Assembly (NCBI RefSeq): GCF_021869535.1
Contig: NW_026262679.1
Span: 84,940,001 to 85,004,000, forward strand
Source of the DNA: Mytilus californianus
Taxonomy: Eukaryota
Direction: 5' to 3'
Length of the DNA stretch: 64,000 bases
A program made the translations under genes and the position numbers. The notes beneath the pieces are model-generated. The model searched no databases, was not told the DNA's origin, and saw only the letters and a program-made list of their open reading frames with translations. Of the stretch, positions 38,000 through 51,779 are shown piece after piece. How positions within the stretch are numbered: the stretch's first letter is position 1; every line of letters starts with the position of its first letter.

Positions 38000-39500
38000 A
38001 CCAAAAAAACGGGAATGATTCAGAGGTACTATGAAAGGGTAAGCACTTTCTGTTTCACTAATGGTGCCATCCGTTTTCAGGTGCTAAGTCGCATAGGTCG
38101 GTGATGTCACAATTAAGGAAAGAGGACGGGATTGTGGTTACTACAAGTGGAACATATCCGTTGGGATCTGTGACACAGACTTGTCAAAGATGTACGTAAT
38201 CACTACCACTTAATCAGTAGGTACCCTTGGTTCAAAAGGAAATCGTGATAGGGACTGCAAGCCCTGATGTACTAATATAAATAATATTAACGTAAACAGC
38301 TGGATGCGATTTTTTTTTAAATGAACAATCTTTATAATATCTAAGTCCCTGCTGCAAGTGCTTAGTAATATGAAAGTATTCATGACATTTACTGAAATCT
38401 AAGACGTCGCTGAAAACACGCATATCAAACCAAGTCAGCAATAAGGAAGTGCAGTTAATTCCCATCGAAATATCAATCAATAAGCAGTATAAAACGAAAC
38501 TAATTAAAATATTATCAATTATATGATATTCAACATCTCTTTGCATGCCCAGTTAGTGTATTTTTTGTAAGTGCTATATATAAAACGGGATTGTTACGAC
38601 TACAACAAATAAATATAGTTACAGCTTGATTTATCGAAGACCATTTTATTGAAAAAGAAAATGACAAAATTGTTTGGTATTGTAGTAAACAGAGTATTGA
38701 AATCGAAATTCAACGGAGACAAAGTTTCCTTTTAAGAATAGTAGCTAATAGAAGCCTTTTTAAAAAGAGTTTTCACGCTCCATAACTAGTTAATATACTA
38801 TTAAGAGAAGCTTCTTCGCATCATTTCATAACGAGTCTCTCAATAGTCGTAAGAGCATAAGTCAGAAGAACCGAACAATATGTAGTTTAACATTTACAGA
38901 TATGAAACGAAATTTTTAAGGCTTCTTGTGTATTTAAGGAAGCCAATTCTTTGTAAGAGCTTTCTGGTGTTCAGCAGTACTCAGCACTCAGTTCAGTCAA
39001 TGTTGAGGTGTGTTCCTCTACAATTCTATCTCCAAAAGAAGTTGCAGGTGAGAAAGTACTCGATCGAATTTGTAATTTCAGTTTTTAGTTTTTCAGTATA
39101 ATACTTACGTCACACGTTGACAATGTTGTTGGCTGCTTTGTCAGCAAGTGCAAATACAGAAACTTTTTCTATGAAAGTTGTTTTAAATCTAGATATCTGT
39201 TAAGTAGAACTGTTTTGTATAAAGTTACTTTCGAAATGTTTATATGATAATCTTCTAGATTCATGGATTTTTTAAAAGAAAGAATTCAATGATTTTTATC
39301 AGCTTTCTCTCTTCTTCATCCAGATTTTCATTCTAAGAGCACTGTCAGGGATTTGATGTGCATTCTATACAACTGTGTATCTTTTTTGAGAATATTTATT
39401 TTGGAATATTTTAGAAGAAGAATAGATAAATGTACAATTTTCTGAAATTGTTTGCAAAAATCTTAACAATAAAATCCATGACATGACCAATTTATTATAA
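38000..39500 (-). mobile_element. Heavily decayed Penelope-like retroelement RT
   Basis: Minus-strand motifs in the expected order: FALADKAANNIVNV (about 39150-39110), WLP-IHKKP-KFRFI (about 38945-38905), FDFNTLFTTIP (about 38710-38675), ISMGINCTSLL (cf. IPMGTNCAPLL, in ORF 38232-38546), TKHLQQGLRY. Many stops and frameshifts. Confidence 0.8.
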
Positions 39501-42500
39501 CATTGAATTCCTATAAATCCCTTGTAAGGTTGGAGATGGATTCCGCTTTCATATTAAATGGCTCAGTAAGCAATTCATGCATTCATATTATTTTCATTCA
39601 CACGTATACTAGTACTTGTGGACAAGATACTCTTTGGGTGCCCCTGAGTGGGAGTACCCTGAATGACCTCCAATGTAGTTTAATTTTGATTTATTTTTCA
39701 TCAAACGTTATTTAAATTTTTTTCACTTGGAATATACGTTGAAGTTACTGACAGACAGCATTTGAGATATTTGCCGGTCGACTGATATGTATCTTTGTCA
39801 CTATCATTCTGGAACAAGATTTTTTTTTAAATTCAATGTTGATTTTTTTTCTAACTTTTAATGAAAACGATTTATTTTGTTTCCTTCCCTTCGGGAGCAA
39901 AATTATTTTCAAGAAATTTAGAATTAAGCAATTTATTTTTAATAAATAAAAACAATCCTCCACAACAAATAAATGGTCGGCACGTAATGAGCAAAATGGT
40001 CCACACAAAAGAGTCCAATTCAACAGGCTTTGTTTTATGTATTCATAAAAATGTAAACTAAACTCTGATGGATAGTTTTCTCATTAGCAACCATATACCA
40101 CATCTTCTTATTTTATATAAAGTAGGCTAGAATATCAGAATGTGTTTTGTTAAAGGTTTGCTAGTTTATTTGTATTTTGAACATCTTTAATCTTTATTTT
40201 TTTAAAAGAGTCTGTGCAGTTTCTGTGCTTTCATCTAAACGTGTAGTTCATAAGACATTAATAACATACAAATAAAAAAACGTATATTTATTTACAAGTA
40301 AAAAATAATTCTGTGTGTACCCGTTCGATATCTGCACTCATTGTCTTACTAAAAGCACTATATGTTTGTGAAGTAAGACAAACCTCTTCCCAAACCGGCT
40401 GGGAAAGCCACGTCAGTAAGATATACCATGTTTACATATTCAGCGTATTTCCGAAGAAGTCGCATTCACTGTACAACAGTTAAAGCCTTTACATTTTTAT
40501 TATTAATTACTAGATTTCTCCGATCTTGTTGGTCAATGTTTCATTGTCTGCGATCCACTTAAACCAATGGTCGAAGCATCTGGAAGAAAAAAGATGTGAT
40601 AAAGTTAACTGAACGTTTTTTTTTTTTTTTTTATATTTTGGACATACAAGGTCACAATTGAACATACCGCAACCAACGACAGCAACGGAATTACAGGCTC
40701 CTGATTTGGGACAGGCACATACAGATAGTGGCGGATTGAAACATATATGTGAGCGCTCAACCCTGGGACAATAGTGTAACAGCACATCATAAGAACAAAA
40801 TGTAAAAATCAGAAAATGGTTTGACTCATTAGATCGTCACAAAGCACAAAAAGAAACCAAAATAAAGAAAAAAGACACTGAGTACTCGCAGTTACTGAGA
40901 GCTAGTTCAAAGATTATAAATAAATCATGTTCTCCCAGACTAAAGTATCAACCACTTAGATAGGTAATTTCAAATATATGTCTGTTGATGCTATCCGGTC
41001 TGATGATAAATTCCACTGGTACTCAGAAGCGGTTATGTAAACTGAACGTATCTTGACATATCGGATACAAATTGTCACAAAGAAGATCACAAAACCCTTA
41101 TATATATTGACAAATTTCCTTTGCGGAAAATATCACTGCCAGAGTTCTTTTGAATGACCCCGCCATCGAAACTATGTGGGTACCTTTTTTTATTTTAATA
41201 ATAAATATCAGTAAAACATTCTATAATGTGATTGTTAACAAATAATCGAGTTTGATTTGATTTGGAGGATTGCTTAGACAGTCTATTTTCAAATTATATC
41301 TTATCTGATAATGTTATCCGGTCTAATAAGGCTATTGGTACTCAATTGAAGTCAGTATTAAACTGATTTCCTGTCGCAAGACACATGCTTCTGTGATAAA
41401 CTTCATCCGGAACGCTTGAGAGCAGAAGTTAAAAAAACAAATAATAAAAAAAGTTGTGGTATGGGTATCCACCAGAAACATAAATGACGTAGATGTTAGC
41501 AAATATTGGTCATCATACGGCCTTCAACAATAAGCAAAACTCATACCGTATAGCAAGCTATAAAAGGCCCAGACATGACAAAATGCCAGATGAACGATAC
41601 AGGGTTCTTGAAACTAGTGTCCTTATTTAATAGAGCATACTTATAATATGAGGTAGTATGACTGTTAATGGGGGGAAAAAAACAATCCGAAAGATACCAA
41701 AGTCAGAGAGTTGTCATTATTCAAGAAGGTCGATAATTTTTCTTATATACCTAATTTGTCCGGATATTCTACCGCCAGCTTCTACACATCGATATCTATA
41801 CGAATGATTGACCTTTACGAGTATATTTAAGCCCATCATTTCATTGCGGCACAATTGTGGAATATTTTTAGGGGTAAATTTCAAGTTTTAATAATATTAT
41901 TTTCTAATAAGTAATAACTATATTTGCTGTCGGACAACGTATAACATGATATGTAGAAAATCTTTTCTTACGCTTAGAAAACAAATAAATGCACTTGCAT
42001 TAAACAAGAATATAGAAGTTACTGATAAAAAGCACGAGCTTTGTGTGCTCCGACATGTCATTGGTAATTACCCGTATATAATTTAATTTTGGATGTAACA
42101 CGTCTTTTGATTGGCTGAAAGTTTTTTGTCTATCAGCTCATAGACATAAGTTTGTCATGTGACCATGACGTCATCAACGTTTTTTCATGATTTACTCCAT
42201 AAAAATGGAATTAAGAATTGAATTATAAGGAATGACTGTAATATTTTTTTTTCTGTCTATGAAGAAATAACATTTAAAATGTGGTACACACTACAGTCAT
42301 TCCATAAATAATATTGGTGACATATTCGTCGGTAAAACTTTTCAACGACAAATAAAGACCGGTTTAATAACGTATGCTGCTTCCTTGCTTTGTCTTATAG
42401 AATTGATATAATTTCATTGAATTAACCCCATATTGTTTCCAATCAAAATATTTCGCTTCTCTTTCTGCTTCAGTTTAAACCACGATAAAACCTAAAATAT

Positions 42501-42540
42501 GAAATGATATATGTATATAAAGAGCAATTAAAATGCTTAC

Positions 42541-42923
42541 ATTTACTGATCGTCTTCGTCTTAATGATCGCCTTTTACGTTTTCCGGCAAAATCATATTG
42601 TCCACCTCCGAAGCCTCCTCCTACACTTCCTCCTCCTCCTCCTTGTTGCATGTAACCACCACCCATTCCACTGATTCCTCCCATTCCATAACTTGGCATT
42701 CCACCCATTCCACTCATTCCACCCATTGCTCCCATTCCATAACTTGGCATTCCACCGTATGCAGGATATCCACCATAACTGTCATAGCTACTTGATGATT
42801 GTTGTGGAAGTTGAATGTAAGTTGTTTGTGGATCGCTTTTTCCTCCGAAAAATGAATTACCCATAAGCTTTGGTCCAAGTAAAGATCCAGCTCCAAACAT
42901 TGCCACAAGAGGTAACAATGCAG
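42541..42923 (-). CDS. Main exon of the secreted Gly/Met/Tyr-rich protein
   Basis: ctttatAG acceptor in phase 1 joins to (P)ALLPLVAMFGAGSLLGPK...YGGMPSYGMGAMGGMSGMGGMPSYGMGG...GGGQYDFAGKRKRRSLRRRRSVN. GTAAGC donor after 42541. Corresponds to ORF 42475-42918. The terminal exon is uncertain. Confidence 0.85.
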
Positions 42924-43789
42924 CTATAAAGAAATAAACATTTGTGTGAGTAATTAAACTTAAGAGGTAAGTTGCAAATTAAAATCTAAACCCTATAGTT
43001 CACTCTTTAGCTCTAAATTATTCATTGAATGAAATGTAATGGTCACTAACGAACTTGGCTATGAAGAAGTAGGTTATGCTATGTTCTGGGAGCCTAGGCC
43101 TATACCTATGAACAATTGGTAAAAACGTCAGTGGAGTTTACCGGCGCAAGGAATAACCCGGCAAAGAATCCAGATAGTTCTTCACGGATTGAAATACTTT
43201 TTTTTAAGTTAAAGCATTGGTCTATGAGTCAAAGCAAACTTTGAAAACCAATGAATATAACCACATGCGTTTGTTCCCTCGTAAGTTTATCATCTAAACA
43301 TCTATATATTGCAGGAGCTTAACCTGCAATCGCAAACTAATTGGGATAAGAGTTAAGATATTCATGCCGGTGCAAAGGAACAGCATAGATATCCCTTTTG
43401 TAGGAAACCTAGAGGAATAATAACCCTGTATTTAAGGTTCGCGTTTCATTTTCAAATCGATGAATTAATTTGATTTAAAATTGGAGATAGCCTCGTTTAC
43501 TAGTATCTTATACTATAAAATATTTTACTGGCTGTTTTTATAGGACTAGGAACGATATCTAAAACCTATATGTTTTCTTTGAATATTTAATAAAAGCTAC
43601 TTTATAACATTTTATTTCAAAAGTCTATGGTTTAATTTATTCAATTCACATTGCTGTGGTTTCCCCTACATTGTCCTTAATTGTAAGGGAAGGCCGGTAT
43701 CTTTACTTTTTTTTTTAAATTTACCATGATAAACTTTCTATCGAAAATATGAATCAAAACTCTATACGTCATAGTTTAGAGCCATAGCT

Positions 43790-44060
43790 AACTTAACATA
43801 TGTATAAAAACGCAGCCACGTCCGGTCAAAATATGGACGTCGGTCGTTATTTCAGATGCCTCGTGTAGAGTGAGTGCCACGCTCTCTGCACGTTAAGAAC
43901 CCTTGCAACAACTTTTTGATGGTCCATTGGTGACCTGTTGCAAGGTAAAACTTCTGTCCATATCCAATTTACCTCCATTTTCCAGTGGCAGTCCAAATTT
44001 CCCGACCTTCATCCCGGACGCCCCCTATTACATGACCTACCTATTGAATTTATTGTTAAT
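43790..44060 (+). mobile_element. Probable SINE remnant in the intron of the Gly-rich gene
   Basis: GC-richer block with cctcgtgtagagtgagtgccacgctctctgcacgttaagaaccc, reminiscent of the molluscan SINE central (Meta-like) domains. Head degenerate. Confidence 0.45.
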
Positions 44061-44356
44061 TTGTTCTCGTCCTGAAAATACATGAAATATTTGCCACTGG
44101 ACTTTAAAATTGACTGAACCATTATGTGTTTGTAAAATATGGCAAATTTCATCTCTTGTATTTCAAATATCACAGTTAGCTGTTTGCTTTTAAGGGTGTA
44201 TGTCCTGGTGAAACACAATATTGCTATATATGATCCAAGTAAATGATGTTTGAAACTGAAAATCTAAATAACTGAAAGTCTAAATGTGTAAACATGAAGA
44301 AAAAAACATTTAAAAATACCAACTAAATCGCTGCAAACAAAAAATATCATACTTAC

Positions 44357-44426
44357 GGAGAGGAGCACGAATTGGTGTTATCAATATCGCTAATAAAAAT
44401 AGTCCAAGGAAATATGCTGGTTTCAT
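44357..44426 (-). CDS. Signal-peptide exon of a secreted Gly/Met/Tyr-rich protein
   Basis: ttttacAG acceptor at 44433, then ACAACA-ATG. Reads MKPAYFLGLFLLAILITPIRAPL, GTAAGT donor, phase 1. Confidence 0.8.
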
Positions 44427-47400
44427 TGTTGTCTGTAAAATAATTGTATGTGATAATTAACATACATAAATACGACAACGATACATACTTGTTTCTTATA
44501 TTTCAATGATATTTTCTCATTCATTCGTCTACTCAAATTGAAATTTTTAATTCAACTCTTTCTTAAGTTTGAAAAGAATTTTAATCGAAATTACAACTTA
44601 TCTTCAATAAACTCGAATACAATGTGGTGTTTCTAACTGTTTTTTAGAAATTTAATACAAAATAGAATTTCACAAATAAAGTACCTGTATACTTTGAATC
44701 AACTTGATTATATGGTAGGAGTCCTTAATTCTGAATATTCTAAGATTGGTCATACAAATATATAAAATAAATAGGAAGTTCAGAGACTTATCATAAAAAT
44801 TATAAGAAGCATTAAACCAATCAAAATTCGAACGATAGTTGTCATCCTTGATTGATGAATGGGAAATATATAGAACCGCGGGTGTGTTTACCTTAAACGG
44901 CACGGAAACTCTCGTACTTTGCATAGTTATGAATCGTGAGAACATGTACATGCATCTTTATTTCAGAAATATCAAATAGTTAAAGGTATAACTTTAAGTT
45001 CATGTGTGTATGTTTTAATCGTCCAAAGCAGTCATTCGTATTATTATTTTGAGGATAGAAGCATTTCTATATTTATGAATTACTTAAGTATTAGTGAGTG
45101 ACGAAGCAGACATAATTGAGTTGTCAATTGACCTCCTACAAGATGTTAATTAAGGTGTTGAAACGACAAACATTGCAAATTCGTAGTAGTAAACAACAAT
45201 CAAAGTACTGACGTACTGTTAACTCAGATGAACCCAAGATCTGATGGCTGGCGAATAAATCATACAGAGCGCCATTTCCCTGCAGACTACCAGAAGAAAC
45301 TTCCAGTTGTTTTCTTAGGCGAGTGTCAAAAATTTCAAACATTTCAGCGACGTTTAAGACGATAACATATTTGATATTAAACCAATTGGCTAGGTTCTGT
45401 GGGCACACAGAGTTGAAAGGAACAATATAAAGTTCAAGTATCTTTTACAATGTTTATAATAGCAAATGTTTTATTGGCAAAATGAATTGTTCAAACAGAA
45501 GAAATAAAGCACAGACGCCTATTCTAATTCACTAAGCTTAATCAGTAGTGGGTCCAGTGACTATTAAAAAGAGGGAATGGTTACTTGTAAATAAGGGGAG
45601 GAAGAAGGAATTATATCATAATGATTTTAAAGATGTGAATAAGTAGATATTCAGTAAAGGTCAGCGGTTAAGCCTCCTAAAACAAATGATTAACACGCAT
45701 AGACATCTATTGACTTTTTTGGGATATTGGATCTGAGCCAAATTAAATGTTCCGTCTTTTTTTCAGTTAACTAAGTTTAGGAAAAAATTCACATATAACT
45801 ACAAAACAGACAATGAGTTTTGAATGATCCATTGGTATCTTCCGCCTCTTTTTAACTGAAGAATTAAGAGTACACGGTCGCGATAATCCAATATCCATAA
45901 TATTAAAAAAAAAACATTTTTCATATTCAAATAATAATTTCAAGCACTTCATATCTTTTGACAAGCATATAAAAAACCAAAAATAAACTCCACTTAAGTC
46001 ATCTACCTAGTTAAGGGTCTTAGCACCAATGTCTGGGAAACAAGGTTTATTTTTAGATGAAATTAGACTTTGAAAAAGATTTCATGCAGAAACTGCGAGT
46101 CCTCGTAAATCGTTGTGTTTGTGCTTGGTATCGATCTGAGTCAAACCATCTTCCATAGATTTTACAGTTTGTTAATTCGCTCCGGACGTACCAAATTTAT
46201 AATGAGTTATTTCCATTTTTAGCACTGGGCCGATACCGTTGCTAGTGGACTGTTAGTCGCCGAAGGTATTATCAGAATCGACACAAATCAAATAAAAAAT
46301 TGAAATTTTGTCTTCGACACCAATATTTTGCGCTGAAAAAACTTTTTTAATATATATTGTTGAAAATTTGTGATACAATATTATATAGACTTGTCCTACC
46401 ACATCTTTTGATTTATTGTTTATCTTTAATATTCGAATACTAGTATGTTTTATTTATCAACTTTCAGATTTTGACCATGCGAAGTGAAATAGGGAAAACT
46501 GACCCTAACTCTTTATAAGAAAATGCTATTTTTTATTTTCTTGTTCTAGTGTTGTGCTACTATCGATACCACTGTCCCCGGTAAGGAGACAGGTGTTTGT
46601 CTCTGAATTTTTTTTATCTATATACTTTAATGTTAAATAAAAGTATGCAAATAAAAAATTTCAGAGGCAAATGCCTGTGGGTAAGGGTGAGACGTGAACA
46701 CTCACAAACATGTTAACCCGTCAATTCTTTTTACACCCTTGATTTTTGTCTTTTGGTTGATAGTTATCTCATTGGCAATCACACAACATCGCATTACTTT
46801 TATTATTTTAATTAAAACAAACCCTTGTCACATTACAGGGACAGGAAGATGTATAAATACTGTCAACATTCTGTTAAAGATTTAATTAGCTTTAACACTC
46901 ATTTTCTTCTTTTTAAAATAATACCTTTTTCAAAATTGTTGAAAGACATGTCTTGATAAAATTAAAAAAAAAGTGAAATGGCATGTCATCAAGGAACCAA
47001 ATGTATTGTAAACTGACTAAACATATCCTGAAGACCGGATAATTCTGTCATGTTAAGACACAGCTTAATTTGGTGAGATATGTCTTCCGTCATGTCATAG
47101 ATGTTTGTTATGTTTTCGACTACTTAATTGATTAAGAAATCTTTTGGAATAAATTCCCATCAGAGTCATCAGATGTTTATTTTTATACTTACTAGTACAT
47201 ACCGATAATAAATCGTGTCACAGATTAAATGACGTAAAAGCACAACGTCCACCACCAGTGATGTCTTCATGAAAAATTATTCAAAATGTGTGCTTATGAT
47301 TCAACACTAATGTGTTGGAGATTATTGAAAAAGACAAATGTATTATACTAGGTATTACTACCCGAGTCTATACTGTAACTACCTCAGGTCAACATTTGGA

Positions 47401-49752
47401 CTTTACATAAAATATGTGACTGTAAATTTAGAAAAAAAAATCACTTAAAACCATTTAAGATACATCTACTGTCAAAATAGCGTTAATTCAGGAATTGTCA
47501 AATGTTTAACTTGACAAAAAATTAAAAATCCAAGCAAATTATAAGTGGCCTGCACTTGAGCCAATCTGATTGAAATGCGGATGTGCAGTCCGCATTTCAA
47601 TCATATTGCCTATATACCGGGTTAAAACTTGGTGTGAAGTGCGTACATACGAGTATATTAACAGTCTCTCAATAGCAACAACGAATAAAAGGGGTATAAG
47701 AGCCTCAAACTATGCAAATCTGCCGCTTTCCTTTCAAGCTTTCGTGACATATAAGTGATTAACGTTTGGAAATATTTTTAAGTTATTAAGTTTTCAATTA
47801 CTATGCGAAAGTATGTAGTGTTCAACCAGAATGTTGGAAAACACAAAATTGGAGAGTATTAATCCAGAGACATGTGTAGTACCCGTAGTATATATGTCTC
47901 TGGTTAATCCTAACAAAATGATGTTTAATTCACCAAAAAGTGCAATAGGAACTTTTAAAACTTTTCAAATTTCAATTCACACCTAGGTATTTTTAGCGTA
48001 TTTTAAAATTATGAAATAAAGTTATCTCACACAATTGAAACTAAAATGAGAATCATTTCGGTCATGTGATAGAGATAGAGATTTGTATCGGGTAGCAAGG
48101 ACAATTTTATCCCTATACTCGCATCAGAGAAAATGACTGGACTGCTGTTAACCAGTCCATTGTACTGGTCACTGCAAAAAAAGTAATTTTACTGAAGTGG
48201 CGGATTCAGGGAGCGTAGAGGGCGTACGCAAGATATTTGATTTTCATTGATGACTTTGATACCGTGATGATGTATTAAACTTTTTGATCTTAATCAAAGA
48301 GCATTGTTATTTGTAAATAACTATCAAGAGTTGATGATGAATTTCAGTACGTAGAAAGATGAGATATTTACAACATAGCTTGTGCAACCTCTAACATGCA
48401 TTAATTAACAACGGAATGAAAAATAATTGAAATGCATAGGAAATGTAGATGCATGTTATATTACGACAGAGACATTGTCTCTGATTACGGTTTTTAAACT
48501 TTCCCAAATATCATAATTGTCATGCTTTATTGATCTGCCTACATCATGTACATATCAAAATGGTTTTTGACATTTAATACTTGTATAGCATAAACCCGGT
48601 TGTTACATGTAGCACAAATTGTGTTTCTATCTTTTTGAATTACTTTTTATGATGTCTGAACCTCGGACATCATTTAAGTTATACTATGGTTCAAATATGG
48701 TGTCTTTCAACAGTACAGTAAAAAAGTTGGCTGATGTCGTCAACTGAATACCCCACTTTTTATTTCCATTAATTTAATTATTTACTCTTGTAATAATTTG
48801 AACAAAATTTGGAGTGTCAACGTTGAGAGATTAAGGGTATCATTCGTGGAAATTAGAATAGACCTCACCCAAACACAAAAGTATCTTGGAAACAATAAAA
48901 TCCAAGAAACCTTCCCAATAAAATCATGTTCTGTAGCCTAGATTTCGTGATTTCATAACAAACAGAAAATAATTGATAGACAGATATGAAACTCACTCAC
49001 ATAGTACAACTCAGCATCATGGGGGTTTTATATTTTTTTGGCATTTTTTGTCCATGCCTACAAAGATCTACAAATCTTGACCTTATTTTTGTAACAACGT
49101 TGTATAATATGTAGTTCAATATAGATCAAGTTCACATTTTGTTTTGGTTGACCAACTTTTTTTACATTTACTGCCCATGAGCAGTTATTCATGTACTATA
49201 TTAATATCTAGTAATTATCTCATCAGGCTGAAAGATCTTGAGGGGAATAACCATTTATTTATTATCATTTCTGTAATACAGGTACATATACAGGTACATA
49301 TGAGGACCCTTTGATCCTCAAATGGCTATAATTTAAGAACTAAAATTAAAATAAATCTTTATGAAAGAAGTTAAGATAAATCGATGTTACAATGGGAATA
49401 TTTTCTTATGGATGATCCAATTATGCTACATTCTTCATTTTAAAATTAGTTGATAAATGCACTAAATGTTATTCAAGTAGGGTGCAGATGCAGAAATTTC
49501 TTTCTTGCTGAATTGTTTATGACTGAATAATGTGTTAGAAGTCTCCCAACATTCTGAATCGCTCACCTGGTAAAAAAATGTCTTTTTGATATTTAATTTA
49601 ACCTGCACTGCAAATTTATGTTTGTAATTTGTAAATCTTATTTAGTGATATTTTTTAAGATCTTGAATTGATGATAATTTTTACTGTTTGCATTTTATAC
49701 CTATCTAATAAAGTTTACAATATAATTGGCAAAATTATAAAAAATAAACTGT

Positions 49753-51352
49753 TAACACAGAGATATGTCTCGCCTGTCAGCATATAATTTAGAATAAAAG
49801 AACAGAGTTCCAATGTCCCCCGCATTGCAAATATTTTATCTATCCAAGGTACAAGGGCAATAACTAAAAAAAGCACCTTTTTTTTTCATTCTTTAAAACT
49901 TTTTATTTATATCCTAAGAGAAATGAAGGCTTCAGAGCAAATGCAATGTGATTTCCATTATAATTTATATTTCCAAGGGGCATAACTCATTAAAAATATT
50001 TGATCAGAACTTATTTTCGAAATGGTCAAAGACATTATTGATATAAACCTATGATATAAGTTTCATAAAATTTAAGCAAGAATTGAACACATGAGAGCGA
50101 TAACATTGCAATTTGTATCAGAACTTATTTTCGAAAGTGTCAAAGACATTGTTGATATAAAACCTATAATATAAATTCCATTAAAATCTGGCAAGAATTG
50201 TACAAATTAGGGCGCTCATCAGACAATTTTTCATATAATTAATATTTCCAAGGGGCATAACTCTTTTAAAAATTATTGATCGGGACTGATTTTCAAATTA
50301 GTCCATGACATTGCTAATATAAACCTATGATTTAAGTTTCATAAAATCCTGGCAAGAATTTTACATATGAGAGTGCTAACAATGCATTTCTCCATATAAT
50401 TTATGTTTCCAAGGGGCATAACTCTTATAAAAATAAGTGATCGACACTGCTTTTTCCAACTTGTCCAAGACATTGCTGATATATACCTTTGATATAATAT
50501 AAGTTTCATAAAAATCTGGCAAGAATTGAACACATGAGAACGCTAACGATGCAATTTTCCATAGAATTAATGTTTCTAATGGGGATAACTCTTTAAAAAA
50601 TAATTGATCGGCACTGATTTTCCAAGTCATCTAAGACATTGCTGATATAAACCTATGATAAAAGTTTCATAAAAATCTGGAAAGAATTGTACAAATGAAA
50701 GCGCTAACGATGCAATTTTCAATATAACTGTTTCCAAGGGGCATCACTCTTTTAAAAATAATTGATCGGTACTGATTTTCGAACTCGTCTAAGACATTGC
50801 TGATATAAACCTATGATATGTTTCATAAAAATCTGGCAAGAATTGTAAATGTGAGAGCGCTAACAAGACTGGACGGACGGATGCCCGGTATGTCCACGTT
50901 GCGCGGGGACAAAAAGGCAATCTGATGGATAGCAACATTGCGTATTAATTCAGTCGCTGGACCATGATCTTGTGGGCAGGGCCTAGAAATGGTCCACAAA
51001 CTGAGATGTACTGATAGTAATGCAACTTTATACAAAATATCATTGAATGTCACAAGTAGTTCTTATCAACTGAATTGAGCAGAAAATCTAACATTAAAAA
51101 TTGCTAATTAATTCAATGTCACTTCACCATGACCTAGGGGGTAGGGCCTCAAAATAGTTGTCAATCAGATATGTACTGATAGCAATGCAACATTATATTA
51201 AATATCAATCATCTATCACAAGTAGTTCCTATCAAACTAACTTAAGCAGAAAACTTAACAATTGTTGACTCCACTGCTGCAGCCACTGCCGCAGCCGGAA
51301 AAGCAATCCCTATGTCTCGCTTTTTCGACTTTCGTCACAGGCAAGACAAAAA
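49753..51352 (-). mobile_element. HINE-like element (family A) interrupted by a second HINE
   Basis: atgtctcgcctg at 49764, and the terminal ctatgtctcgctttttcgac...aggcaagacaaaaa at 51310-51352 preceded by GCC/GCAGCC repeats. Two internal units of about 175 bp at 50940-51270. A sibling terminus lies at 52330-52412. Confidence 0.65.
49801..50914 (-). mobile_element. HINE-like element (family B) with a tandem array of about 160-bp units
   Basis: Sub-terminal inverted motifs atgtcccccgca (49813) and gcgcggggacaaaaa (50901-50915). GGAC microsatellite at 50871-50880. Five to six units with anchor caaggggcataactc at about 49975, 50249, 50411, 50579 and 50735. Confidence 0.8.
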
Positions 51353-51652
51353 TGTGTAAAAATCATCATGCAGGGGATATAGCTTAAACAAGAAGTCGGT
51401 TGACAATTTCGTCAATGTTGACTTAATTGTAGATATTATGGGCTGAGCAGTTTTGCTAATTACTATTTCTCTCTTTTTAAGTTTCTGCCAAAAAAGAATG
51501 TAAAATGGATATAATAAGCCATCTTTTATGGGCAATAACTCCTCCAAGAGGTCAATCGACGATTTTGATGGTAATACATCTGTATACCAAATATCATTGA
51601 TTTACCTCTAATGGTTCCCCATAAACTGATCTAATCATAAACTAGTACATAT

Positions 51653-51779
51653 ACAATATTAGGTCAATGTCAGAATGAGGCTGAGAAACTGTGGAAGGGC
51701 AAGGTTTTACTGAGCCCTTCCCCAGTTTTGTGCCGAATACAAAAAAGTTTTTATTTTTCTGACATTGACCTAATATTGT
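51653..51779. mobile_element. 127-bp mini-MITE / hairpin
   Basis: Perfect 23-bp TIR ACAATATTAGGTCAATGTCAGAA / TTCTGACATTGACCTAATATTGT, with an inner gaagggc/gcccttc stem. Confidence 0.75.

Noticed and set aside
42598-42908. Ser/Thr/His-rich plus ORF and alternative-frame minus ORF
   Set aside because: Shadow frames of the repetitive Gly-rich exon.
45130-45420. GC-richer block with short open frames (for example ...LPVVFLGECQ)
   Set aside because: No convincing splice sites or domain pattern in any frame by eye. A blastx search would be needed.
46469-46580. Exon-like segment (ttcAG ... GTAAGG) with a hydrophobic, signal-peptide-like reading
   Set aside because: The ATG frame hits TAG after 8 codons and no downstream partner exons were found.
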